Shown here one piece after another: positions 49,078 to 61,500 of a stretch of DNA of 64,000 bases. This stretch comes from Raillietiella orientalis (Eukaryota). Within the stretch, counting starts at the first letter, position 1. Each line of letters opens with the position of its first letter. The position numbers and the translations under genes were made by a program. The notes under the pieces were generated by a model. It was given only the letters and a program-made list of their open reading frames with translations. It ran no database searches and was not told the origin of the DNA. The DNA lies in contig JAYWIR010000007.1 in NCBI GenBank assembly GCA_036172245.1, forward strand, positions 2,480,001 through 2,544,000. Direction: 5' to 3'.

Positions 49078-52000
49078 AGCTCTCACGGGCGCCGTGCAAT
49101 AAAGGAAACGAGCGGACCAAGGTCAAAGGGGACGACCGGTCGGGGCGGAGCTCGGGAGGGGAGCGGAGGACGGGGCGGCGGGGGAAGACGGCGGCGGCTG
49201 AGAGGCGGCCGCCGCTCGAGGGGGATGTGGGGGGGGGACAGCCAGAGAGAACAGGAGGCGCTGGGACGGGACGGGGCGGGAGAGGTTGCGGGGCGGCGGG
49301 CGAGAAAGGGGCGATGCGAACGAATCGAAGGGGACGAAGGGCCCGAGGCAGCGAGCGGACCCGGAGAGGCGCTCGAATGAAGAGCAGCGCGGCAATCGGT
49401 AGTAACGAGTGGATGGGGAAAGGGGGGGGGGGGTCTGGAGGAAGGGATTTCCCTACGGCGATCCCGGCTGTCCAGCTCACCTCGAGGGCCGGCATGGGAG
49501 GACGGGAGGAGTAAGGAGACCGTCCTCCTAGGAAGGAAGGGGGGAGGGAGGGGCCGGTAGTCAGTCTGCTTCCGGCGCTTCCGGAAGTTCGCCATCCGCG
49601 GCAGGATGTCCTCCCCTCTCGGCTCTCTCTCTCGACCGCTTCGGGAGGAAGGGAACCCGTGGGAAGGCGTCCCCGCCCGAAGCCCGCCCGCCCGAATTTT
49701 CACGAATCTCCGGTTTCGATTTTCCCATTTGATTAGGGGAGGAGGGGGGGAGGGGAAGGGGCGGGAGTCGGTAAGACCCTTCCCCGCTTCCGCCCCTGTG
49801 TTCGGGGGAGCAGCGGCCGAATCCCGGGATGACCCTGGGTAGAGTGTCAAGAAAGGGGAAGAGGCTGCAGGGATCAGACTTCGTTCGGCGGGTGGCACGG
49901 CTCCCTCTCTCCGAAGAGAGGAGCTCACGCCCGGCGCTTTCACTCCGGCTTGCCTCCCGGTGCCGTGGCCAGGGAGACTGCCGGGTGTGGTGGAGGCGTT
50001 TTCGGTGGCAGAAGGGGTCCGCGACGGGTGGGTTGCCTCGATACGCACACTCCTTCCGAAGTGAGAGTGAGGAGGGAGATAGGGGAGCTGTCGCCGCGCC
50101 TGCGTGGGAAAAAAAACGGGTGGAGGGGAGGGTGCGGATGGCGGTTCACTGAGCGGCGCGGGTGGTCAGCAGGGGTACAGGGAGGGGAGGATAACCGCAG
50201 TCTCTCTGGCGATCCCCCTCTTTCCTAGAACTCCTTCGGATGCCTTTCCAGATTCCTCGGGGGGCACTCATCTTTGGGCTGGGAGTGCGGGTGGTCCGCG
50301 CCCTGCGTCTCACAGCGGGCTCGGAGGGAACTGGTGAAGAGGAGGAGAGGGGGGGGCATTTTGGGTCTGGACGGCGCCCATCTCGCCGCTGTCCTCCCTG
50401 AATTCGTTGTGGTTGCTGGACCACGACCGGCCCCGGCGCCGCCAGCGGGTACCTGGAGAGTCTTCCGGAGGATTCCTGGTCGGTCCGGGGGGCGGTTTCC
50501 GCGTATCGGCACGGAGGATCCCCTTCCGTGCCGTGACGCGAAAGTGAGGCACTTGGTGACGGGGAGGCGCAAGGGAGAGCGGACCGCCGCTTACCACAGG
50601 GGGGTGGGGGGGTGGACCCTCTGCGAGCAGCCCGCCGCGGGTCCACCTTCCCCTATCTCTCTGCTACGCTCTGCTCTGGGGCATCCGGGTCTCCTCAGAA
50701 ACACGTCTGGATGGATGTCGCGGGGAACGCAGGCGGCATAGGCTGCCGCCCATTCGGGAACGCGCGCCAACCGGAACGAATAGCTGAGATATCGAAGCTC
50801 TAAGCGACACCGCTGCCGCCGCCGAGATCTGACGACGGAGGAGGGCAGAGGGTAGAAGTGTCTGGAGCGTGAACACCCTGCCCTCATTGCTGGGTGAGCG
50901 GCAGGCTCAGGGACGCCTTGCCCCGGGTGCGGTAAGTTTCTCGCGGGAGGTGAGTTCCCGTCCTCTAGAAGGCGTAACGAAAGGAGACTCTTTCGGTCAC
51001 GCGCGTAACGCAGGGGTTCGTGAAGACGAACAGGCGGCGCGCAGTGGGATCCTTCATTAACGTTTTGGTTGCCGGGTGGCCCGTGAGATCTTCCTCCATC
51101 TAGGTGGCTCCTGTCAGCTTACTGCTTTCCTGGTCAGCCTGCCTCCCGCGTGTCTTGCCGGCTACCCCTGGAAGTGTGGAAATGCAGCAGAGAAACGAAG
51201 GAGTGGTTCGTTCTCGAAAGTTCCCATCAGCACGTTCCTTGAGCTTGTAGGTGCCTGCAGCTCGATCCGCCAGCCCCATTCGGACGAACCAGAGGAGACA
51301 CATTGGTTGAAACATCACGCTGCTTACACCCGGCCTCAAACAGAGCTCTTCCTTAGACATAGGCACACCACGTTTTGTTTTGTTTTTCTTGTGTTGCTGT
51401 GTGTGACATTTCGAGTTTTTATCACGTCTTTCCACCGATTTTCTCTCCCTTTCTGAGGGAAAGGCTGTCCGTCACGAGTCGGTTCCAACAAATTTTACGT
51501 GTGTCAGCAAATGTGTGGGGTTTCGGAGGTCAGTCAGTTTTCGAGTCGAGTGATTATCGCAACTATCAAGAGAAGTCATTTGTGGACCGTTTCCTCGTAG
51601 ATTCCAACATTCCGCACAGGGTGGGATGTCTGTCGGGCTACTGTTTTCAGAAAACTCAGATTTTTAATCTGCGTTCATTAATTAGCTGCTGCTCGGAACT
51701 TACAGCGTCATTGGGATGCACTTTTTCGGACACATTTCAGAAATTCTTAGGTAAACAAAGGACCAGTTCTCGGACAAGAAAGATGTTTCTCGTTCTGTTA
51801 CGCAAGGTCCTCATTTGAGGACCACTTGTCAAGAAAAGCATCAGTTTTTCAGAAAAGGTTTTCAGACCATACAAATGAGTTACATATGTCTAATGGTCAC
51901 AATTAAGCAGATTTTTGACTCAAAGAAAAAAAATTGCAATCTGTTTATTTTTTTTTTAAGTTAAAGTGCATGTAAACCATCAGAATCGAGAGGTGATGAA

Positions 52001-52180
52001 GGTATTCTACTAAAGAACTCAAAAGAGGAAAAAATAATACGCAAACCCTTTATAAGATGAATGAAATTAAATGAAATTGGGAATGCAATCAACACAAAAA
52101 GGCATTAGCTGCATATACTGTAGTAAATTACCAAAAGAAAAAAGAGGAAAAAAAAACTGAGGACCTTTCACAAAAGCCAT

Positions 52181-53760
52181 GTTAAGAGTTTAGTGCATCG
52201 AACTAAATGCACATTTTCATGTTCCCATGGAAATGTGCACTCATTCTATGCAAAGGACGTCAACAAGAATACCTAATTGGAGAATACACAATTAATTTTT
52301 AAAAGAAAAAATAAATCAGAGCAGCTAGAAGTAGGAAACTCATTAATAAATAACTGGACAGGGTCAGTAGTTTCTCCGATATTATAATGCAAGGAATTAT
52401 GTAACTTTTCAGATACAGTTTTCTAAATAAAATTATATTTCATGGTCATAAAAAAAATACAAACATTAGAATTTTCTAGAGCGCAGTATCATTTCAAATG
52501 ATAACAAGTTATTAGCTCTAATGTATTGAAGGTTTACAAAAGAATGAAAATAACAACCGATCAGAATTCAGTTATTTTGAGTTTTGTGAGATATAACTGC
52601 AAGATTCACAAAGATTGCCAGGATTTTGTAATTAAAGGTGATGAAGAAGGAAAGATTTTCACAATGGAATGGAGCAGCACTCATGAATTCATGAGGAATT
52701 ATCCTTGGCTGATTCTATAAATGGTACTTTAATGAAGATCAAATATTCACATATGCACTAGAAAATAATATTTCATGGAACTTTGTGATAAAATTTTGAC
52801 TTTATCAAACTACTGTGCTTCTTTTATAAAGTAATTATTCGAATATTCATTCATTTTATTCTTGGATATCATAAGTAAACTGAGCTGCATTAGGTAGATA
52901 ATGATTGTCTTAATGCAAGAGTCGCTAGATATATTTGTATTGTTCCATTTAAGATGATTGCAACTGATATTATTTCCAAATCTATAACTGCACTAAAAAT
53001 TAAAGGAACGTAAATTTTAGTTTCTTGAGTATAAGCTCAAGGAGAGCATATTTGAAGTCGTTAACCTTTTTTCTACTGGCAGCCCTTCGTGAATTACATT
53101 AGAATTGTGTTTTGAGAAATTTGGTGTAGGAGCATTTTTAATGGCCGAGTACGAGATTGCATCAAAAGGAGCTTTACGCTTAAAAGGAGTTAATAACGTC
53201 GACTTCAAAAAGTTAGTTTTACAGTTGCAATCATATGGCTGTATTGAATGCAGTTTAGAATGTTATTTCCTTGTGTGCTGTGGGAAAAAATGGCAACGTG
53301 CTGAGACTGTAATTTGCTGAAATTCACAGCAGATTACTGCTCTCCTGGGTAACGTAGTAGTGTTATATAAAGTCTAACTACATCTTTAACAGATTTGTGC
53401 GTAAAGATTCAGGTATTCAGCTTACGTTTCGTGGGGGTTGTCTTAACCTTTTAACATTATTTGGTATCCATTTATGCAAAAACATTATGGTAAGATATGG
53501 GGGTTTTAATGTTTTAAAAGCTTCAGGCATTTTGAGAATTAGTATACCAAACTGAGTGCGTAGGGTCTTGTATTCATAGAAATATGCACTTAGTTAATGC
53601 ACAGGGCATCAACATGAATACCTAATTGGGGATTGCACAAGTAATTTTCAAAATAAAAGATAAATCAGTGTCACTGGAAGTGAAACACCCTTTATTGCAT
53701 TATAAGGTGATTTCAATTTTGAACTTAATTATTCGCCTTATTTCAGATAACAGTTCCTTC
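52181..53760 (+). repeat. Diverged direct repeat: copy 1 ~52181-52420, copy 2 ~53530-53760 (FAM32A intron 1)
   Basis: catggaaatgtgcactc..caacaagaatacctaattggagaatacacaattaatttttaaaagaaaaaataaatcag versus catagaaatatgcactt..caacatgaatacctaattggggattgcacaagtaattttcaaaataaaagataaatcag. Confidence 0.75.
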
Positions 53761-54347
53761 CCCAAATTGCACATTGTTTACTTTTAATAAGTATTTGTAA
53801 CACCTGAATTTGTACTTTTGAATTATAAATAGGAGATTGATTTGTATTTTTAAATGCATACACTACCTAAAGGCAGACAATTTTAAACTTTTTGGTTAAG
53901 CATGTTTTGATGAAATGAAAGGGAAATGGAATGGCAATGTAGGTTATACAGTTTTGTCGGTTTATATTAGAAAAGTCAATAAATGTATTCTTGCTGCATT
54001 CATTGATGTAAAGGTTTACCAACTTTGTTTATCTAGAAAGAAGAAAAAAAAGATAAAAATCTTGGATCGAGTTAGTCAAGTGCCTGTAATTGAGGAGAAT
54101 GCAAAACCAATGCCAGTTGTGAAAAAAACAAAAGCAGAACTGATGTTCGTTGAGATGCAGAAAAAAAGGGTGTGTAGAAATTATTCTCATATACAGAATT
54201 CAGACTCAATGACTGTCTTGATAGGAATTGGAACGCATTTTGAAAAAAGCATCTAAAACACATAAGGAAAGAGTAGAAGAGTTTAATAAACATCTGGATA
54301 CTCTGACAGAACATTTTGACATACCCAAGGTCAGCTGGACAAAATGA
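53141..54347 (+). CDS. FAM32A: Protein FAM32A; 3 exons, 108 aa
   Basis: Exons 53141-53211, 54037-54169 and 54225-54347 are in phase: MAEYEIASKGALRLKGV..KKKKKK..KTKAELMF..ERILKKASKTHKERVEEFNKHLDTLTEHFDIPKVSWTK*. The C-terminus is the FAM32A signature. Confidence 0.95.
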
Positions 54348-56633
54348 TACAGTTGCTTGTGGCTGATGTTTTTTAATCAAGATGAAGAATATTTTGGTCT
54401 CAGTGATTGCATTATCTTGGATGAGTGACTGGGTGATCCTTGGACTGTTAAGATGAGTAACAATTGTTAAGTGATGAACTGTTAAGTACACTTGCAGCTA
54501 TTCATTCAGAGCAAGGTATAAAGTGTAATGCCATCAGTCAAAAAATAAGTGTAAGATAAAATAAATATGATAAACAAGAATTGTTCTTTTATTGACAAGT
54601 GATGACATAGCAAGTGATAGTAAGATAAGTCTCTTGATTTGTGCAATATTTTGAACCAAGTATTGCATGTCAGTTAACATGCTAGACTCAGTAGTTTTCC
54701 TTAAGACACAATTCTGAGCCTGTACACAGTATTAGCAGACTCTGTTTGATAGTAATCCTTTCCATTTCTTTTGAATTCTTTCTAATTTTTTTCTGGTGTG
54801 AATGCATGTTTACAATTCATGTGTAAGGTCTGTGCATTAAAAAGCGAGGTGTTCAACAAGGTTAAAATCATGAACCTTAAAATACGGTGCTAGCTTTCAA
54901 CGTTTAGTGTTTGGAGTCGTTTTCTGTTTTTGCCCCATACCTGCATCCGTCAGCAACATGGTTAACAAACACATCTGATACTGCAAGAAAGTTTGTACAT
55001 CAATTTTGAAAACCTGTTTGGTGAAAATTTAGTTTCCTATGCTCTTATTTCATCACACAAGCAACTTGCGTTTGGACAAGCATTTCAAGCATATATAAGA
55101 AATCAAAAGCGTATTGCCAGGTTCACAAATCATTGTAAAAACTGCTGCAATAAGTACATTTCGGATGTTCCATCTTTGCAATACACAATTCATACGTACA
55201 TTATCATTACATTATTTGAAAAATTACTTTAAATGAGGATACCAATAATTCCCTAAACTTGCTGTTCGAAATTTGAATGTTAACCTCGTTTTGCTACCTC
55301 TGTACATAGAATCCGCGAACGCTTGTCTACTCCAAATTAATGCTAGAGACTCCAAACTTCTTGTTTAAAAAGAAACATCATGAGTTGCTTGGTAATTGTT
55401 CCATAACATGCTGGATTTATTATCATACCAGCTTTTTGTGCAAGTTCCTCTGAGAACCAAAAGTTTCCTGTAAAATTTGACTACTGATTTCTCGATTCCG
55501 TAACCCGTGTCCTGTCTGTCTCTCTGGATCTACGTTTATTTTGACGATGCCTTTAAATATATACGGAAGCTCATGCTGAGAAGTTTTTCATATTTTCTAT
55601 TCGTCACAACCATGAATCCAATAAGATGATTTTCTCTATTTTGTGTGTGCAAGCATTTCCGATACTGAGGGGGAAGTCCAAATGACGTGCCTCATTCATC
55701 TGCTTTCTGTTATTTCCGAAAGATGCAGTGAAATCACAGCGTGCAATCTGAAAAGGGAGAAGACCATTAGGTTTCAATGTCTTATCGTACAAAATATTGG
55801 TCATGATGTAGATTCTAGAAGCGATGTTTCTGACAGAAAACTGAATGAATTCTGAAAGGACTCTGAAACTTGCTGCAATATTCTCAATTATGATGTCATG
55901 TTTCATTTATGAAAGTGATATTTTAATTTGCAACTCATGAAAAACTTTGCCCTCATGTTTCTTCTTTCTTTGTCATTAATAAAAGTGAATGATAGAGAGA
56001 TTCCGGGATCTGGAGTCTGGAGGACTTCGCCGGTATTTTTATCATGCATTAGTTGACAGAACTTTTATGTGGAAGTTCTTTTTCGGATGATTTCTTAGTG
56101 AATTATGAATCTTGAAAAGGGCTTTGAAAAGTTAACTCTTTGTTAAGTAATTCCATAAAGTTTTGATATCCTTTGAATTCAAATTAATGTTGTGGTTCCG
56201 AATCTTAATGCAGAACTCTTTTCATTGTTCTTCTTCCAGGCTTGGAATTGAATCTATGTGCAATTCTTCGATAACTGTCGTTCAAATTATTACTGGAACT
56301 GTTCTGTAGAATAGTTAATCTTAAGTAATGTTTTCCACCTTAATAACTGATTATACATTATACATAGGCAGAGCAAAATTTAGAATTTTTTTCAAAAATA
56401 GGATAACTTTTCAAACTAAAAAAAAAAAGCAATTTTTATTTTGAATCAAGCAGGAAACTGGCAAAATTTCCGTGAAATAGAATTTAGAATCTAATGAATA
56501 AGTATTTTTTTTACAAAATGCCAAGCTGTCAGCTAGATAGTTATACGCATTCGCACTTTTGTGAGAAATGCTCCAAACTTTCCCGCGTATGTGCTCACGA
56601 ATGTCAGCGAACTTTTATCGAAACTGTTTGAAA

Positions 56634-56791
56634 AAAACTTTTATCTTTGTTCTCATAAGTTACTTAAACCTTCTCTCTTTTTCTCCTTCTAGGCATACAG
56701 AGTCGAGTTCATCATAAACATATGCCTAAAAGGAGAAAAAGAAAGAAGCTTTGAGTAACTTGTGAGATAGTAAGTGAGAGATAAAAGTTTT
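56634..56791. repeat. Long imperfect inverted repeat (47-bp core stem, 23-nt loop, extra 13-bp outer arm)
   Basis: 56651-56697 pairs with 56721-56767 (5 non-Watson-Crick positions). Outer arm AAAACTTTTATCT at 56634-56646 pairs with 56779-56791. Confidence 0.85.
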
Positions 56792-58594
56792 CCAAGATCT
56801 ACTACTAATACTTTTCATTAGACTGTAATTGTTCTCATATGTCCTTCACTTTTGTATCTTTTACTACATCATGTCGAAATTATAATAAAAAAACTTTATT
56901 ATGAGTTTTTGGTCTTTGCATTCAAGACGTTCTCATTGGTGAAAAGATTCTCCTTTAGAAAGTTCTCAGTTCTCCGTTTCTGGCTTTTACGTAAGCGTTG
57001 CCTTCTAATGAGATACCTTAAAACTCTGTCGTTTGTTGTGAAATTTCAACCAAATGAATCAACGAATGCACAGACTTCAATAAAGGGAAATCAAAATCAT
57101 AAAAAGACAGAATGATGATTGCAGCTGTCAGTGAATTCAGAGTGCGCCGAATTGAATCTGTAACACGGATTGACTACGTCCCCGAAGCGGTTTTAGGTTC
57201 GATCTGCAGGGTTTTGTTCACATCTCTGAGATCAGAATGTGAACGGAATCCGGATGTATGGAGACTGATTCCCCCTAAACTGTCCCTCGTCGCCATCACT
57301 AGACGCAAGAGAATGAGGAAACGAATTTGTTCCGGAAAGGTATTTCCTAGCTGAAAGCTACATGGCAGAATGAGACCAATTTCTGTGTTGGTACTTGTTA
57401 GGCACAACATCACTGAGGTATACATTTTAACATCATAGGTTTTTTTGCTCTGTGTTTATTTTTCAGACCGAATCGTAAATACGAATCCTAGGATTCAGAG
57501 TACGAATCAGGAATTCAGAGTGCATTCGCTGTGAATGAGCAAAGATGAGTGTGGGTCCACCCTCTTACGTCGAATGATTCTCACGGGCACCAGTAGAGAA
57601 TAGTTGACTCGGAGCTGGACTTTCTGTAGCTCTGTTGCTATGATCCTCTCCGTACAAACCTGAAGATTCCTGCAATCGAGTGACCTTCAGGAAACCAAAG
57701 GACAGCTTGAGATCTTCTTTCGATGGTGTTCTCGACTCCGGGGAGTTGAAAGACGATGGAGGCAATGCTCTGGAGACTTCAGCAATTGCTCAGTCTTCCT
57801 GTCTCCTGATGCAGCATCTGAAGCGTCGGACTGACCTCTCCAGCCGTTTCCATGTATGGAAACGAAATCATCGAGCTCTTCCGAGCGTGGGAGGTGAACT
57901 GGAAACCGCTAGCTGTTTTGCTTTTCGCGGTCAGGTTGCCAGAAATCTATGTCGAATAGAATTTCCGATGGATGCAGCCGAGACTGCTGGATCTGCTGGC
58001 CGGATAAAACCATCCCAACTCAAGAGTTCGTTTTCGAGACTGCATCATGGTCCAGAGCGCCTAGGCTGCAAGCTGTGGGTTTCTACATTTCTGCAGGCAA
58101 GAAGTGCTTAAAACTTTGGAGTTCTGCCTTGTGTCTCCTCCCGTTTTCCTTGCCTTAAAATCGTTCCTACCATTGGTCCGTTCTCATCCAAAAGCAGTGA
58201 AGGTCGGTAGCTGACGGCAGAGGAAACCGCATTTTCTAATATGATCAAGTTTTGCTCATTTCTGTTCCTGGTTTCTAAGGAATGAGAGCGGAGCCGGAGA
58301 ACTGAGAAGAGGAAGTTGCCACTCTCAGACCTTCGGAAACTGCCGTCGGCGGAGCCGATGGCAGAGAATTCGCTCCTCCGGAACTCGCATCTTTTCGACA
58401 CGAGGAGACGAGCGACCACAGGTACTCCCCTTTGATTTCCAAAACCAGTCTTCACAGATCCTAGTTTTGAACCTTCGCTGGTATCTCCCATTCAGAAATT
58501 CAGGAACTCAAGCGTTTTTTTTCTCATTTCTTTTTCCACCCCCCCTCCTCTTTCCTCCCTTATTTTCCCTTTTCTGCAGGTTGCTTTCCTCAGT

Positions 58595-61500
58595 TCACAC
58601 TCCAGAAAATTTTCTGAATGTCTTCAGTGGCGGCGCTGAGACCTTGGCGAACTTCTTGCGCCGCAAGCGGGAATGAGACAGCATCTCGATTTTCCCCTCG
58701 CCGAAGAGGATGCACAGGCTCTCCAAGCCTAGGAAAACCACCTCCATGATGGATATGATGCTCCCACCTAGGGTGAGTCCGAGGATCCCTCCGATCTCGC
58801 CTGGAAAACGAGAAGAAAGAGACGCTTTCGCTCTCGCTCGCTGGCGGCAACGATGGGGGAAACGGGTAGAACAGGGGTGCGGAGGTCAGCATCCAAGGAA
58901 GTCCGCAGTCCGCTCAGGCTGGAGCGGGGGTCCAGGTCTCAAGGGGCTGTGTGCTCCCTGTTCTTGTCGCTTGCAGGGAGAGGTCGCGGAAGAGTAGCAA
59001 CAGGTAGGCGGGAGCAAAGATGAGTAAGGGGAAAAAAGAAGGCGATAAGGAGCTAGAGAAGGTGTAGGGTAGAAGAGCGGATTGTCGGTTATCCGATCGC
59101 TGACTGGGTTGCTAGCTGAGATGTCCGGGACAGCCTTCCGCGGAACGCTCCTGACCTACTTCAAGGACCTACTATACACCTGGAGCCAACGAGCATCTTC
59201 TCTCGGGTTACATGACCAGCCCTTCTGCCCCCGAGAGAGAAGCCAAACGGATTGGAGGTTGGAGGGGAGGCACCAGAAGTTCTGTTCCTCTGAAAGGACC
59301 ACTCGAAGATTCCGGAAGGAAAATCAATCCCAGAAATGACGCGTGTGGTTGCCTTGACTTTTCAGAGACTCCTGGTCCACACAGTGCCGATGCAGTGGCG
59401 CTGCCTTCCCAAGAGCTCCATCCCAAGGAGGAACTGGTCTTCCAGCAGGAGAACCTACTTGCTCGGGAGACAGGGGGAGAGAAAGAATGTCTTTGAAGAG
59501 CACAAGGAAGAGAGAACGGGAAGCAGGATGGAGGAGGAGAGAGACATCTGCAGACGTGAGTGGTATTCGTGCTCCTCAACGAACATGTGATAGGTTGGCG
59601 GCGTCTCAGGTGATCAGCAGAGGGATAACGTGCGTTCGAGCTCTGGCTAAGGCTACGAGAACAGTCCGGAACTCTCTTTACCTTCCCTCCTTCCCTCCCC
59701 TCGCTCGGGAGAAAGAGGAGGATGAGAGGAAAGTGACTTTATGCGGAGAAATCGACTACCTGGAGCTCTGGTCGAGTCCTTCGTGCTTTCCTCGCCTCCT
59801 CCCCACACCTCCCCGAGGGTGATGGGACCCGCGCGAAGTCGTTGTCTGCCCAGCCCCGGAGTTCACCTCAACATACTCTTCCCCGTTTCAATGGGTCCCT
59901 GGTTTCGAACTGATGGAGGAGAAGGCCGCTCTCATCCGAAGCAGTGAGTCGAAAGGGCATCAACAAGGCGAGCTATCAAAATGACGATGCGTGCGGCCGG
60001 AAAACTATCGCTTTTCCCGAGCCCAAGAACTAGCGAAGACGGGAGATGCCGGCATGGAGCGTCGCCCTCGAAGGCATCTCGAGAGCACAGCGTGGGGGAA
60101 GGGAGGAAGGGTGAGAAGGTCGAAACTTACTGAAAAACTTGGACAGCCGGAAATCCTGGGAGATGAACCTGTTCACCTGCAGCGCCGGGTACTGGAGGAC
60201 CACATCTATGACCTCTTCTCTGGAAGGCATGAAACAAAAATGTCGGTTGCTGAGCTACAGCGGGAGGAGGCACGATAAGAGAGAAGAAGGGATTCTCTGC
60301 CGGGAATCCCGGCCAGGCACCCTCCGCCTTTCTGGCAGATCCGCGCAAGGGAGTCTCCACCTGGAGGCGTCGCTGCCTATCCAGCGCTCAGCCAGCTCGC
60401 GTTCCGACGTAGTTGGACTGCGTGGCTGGGAGCTGCGCGAGCAGACTCCGAGGACTCTGCGGCAGCTTCTCTCTGAACCGCGGGAGGAGAGGTGCGAGAG
60501 GCGGCGAATTCCCTCCTCCCACGCGCCGGATCCGCGTTCCTCGTTCCAAGAGCGTCGATCCAGGTGCAGAGGAACAGAGGACGCCTCTGTTCAGAAACGC
60601 TGCGGATCAACGAGAAGAGCGTTGGATTCCAGTCGATTCTGCCTCCCAGTGTCCCGAAAAGCGACCACCAAGGCCGGCCACGGTGCGTCTCGCACGCTCT
60701 GCATTCTTTTGCTTGAATCTCGGAAAGAGAAACAACAGAGGGTGCTGTGATGAGCCTTATGGTGATCGGATGGCAATTCCATGTATCGGGTCGGGTATGG
60801 ATCAGACAAGAAAAAAAAAGAAAAACCCTTCCTCAAGGGGAGGGGAATATCAAGGGTGCTCTGCCTATCCTGTGGACTCCGCTTAACGACGAAAAAACAG
60901 CCGGTCTGTAGAAGGTGAGGAAGATCAACTCGGTTCCGTCTTCCAGATCGGTCGGAGAAACCGGAAGTCCGATCATCAGCATACGTGCTCAGAAGAGTCT
61001 ACACTTCAGGTCACAAGGCGCACGCTTGTTCGTGGGCCGACATCAGATAGAAATCCTCCTGGATTCTTCTGTTTTCGCTGCTTCCTTCAAGCTTATTCCG
61101 TTTTCTCTTTTTTCTGGTTTTCCTTTTTCTGATTCCCAAAGTTCTGAAGAACCGTTAGCCTCCTCAGAGGGAGCTCACACTGCCCACGCTACTAGAGGGT
61201 GGGCATCGTCCCTTCCGCATGTCTTCCGCAGCGTTTCCAGCTGCTATCCTGCATCCTCTGGATGCTCGGTTTGAAGAAGGGGCGGTTCCTTTTCTTCGAG
61301 AAGCTGGAGCGTCGTTTCAGCTCCGAAGCATCGAGCTGCGGAGCTTCTCGCGTGTGGAGAACCTCGGCAAGAACTTCGACGTGAGCCTGAGCTTCGTCAA
61401 TTCAGACGAGGAGGAGTCTAGGACCCAGGGGAAGAATCAGGAAGGAGAAGAAAGAATTTTTCAGGGGGCCAATCGCTCCCACGCCATCGAAAACGGTGGA

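Larger units (their letters stand above)
47350..51050. other. GC/CpG-rich island spanning NRARP and its flanks
   Basis: Visibly the most GC- and CpG-dense stretch of the window, against AT-rich flanks at 29-43 kb and 52-57 kb. Borders judged by eye. Confidence 0.65.

Noticed and set aside
47102..50887. Many long ORFs on both strands around NRARP (e.g. 48668-49495, 49083-50048, 47102-47824, and the N-terminal extension from 48126)
   Set aside because: Low-complexity Pro/Arg/Gly/Ala products expected from GC-rich DNA; no domain outside the ankyrin part.
54600..56330. Possible minus-strand gene converging on FAM32A
   Set aside because: Only short open segments interrupted by stops, with no homology recognised.
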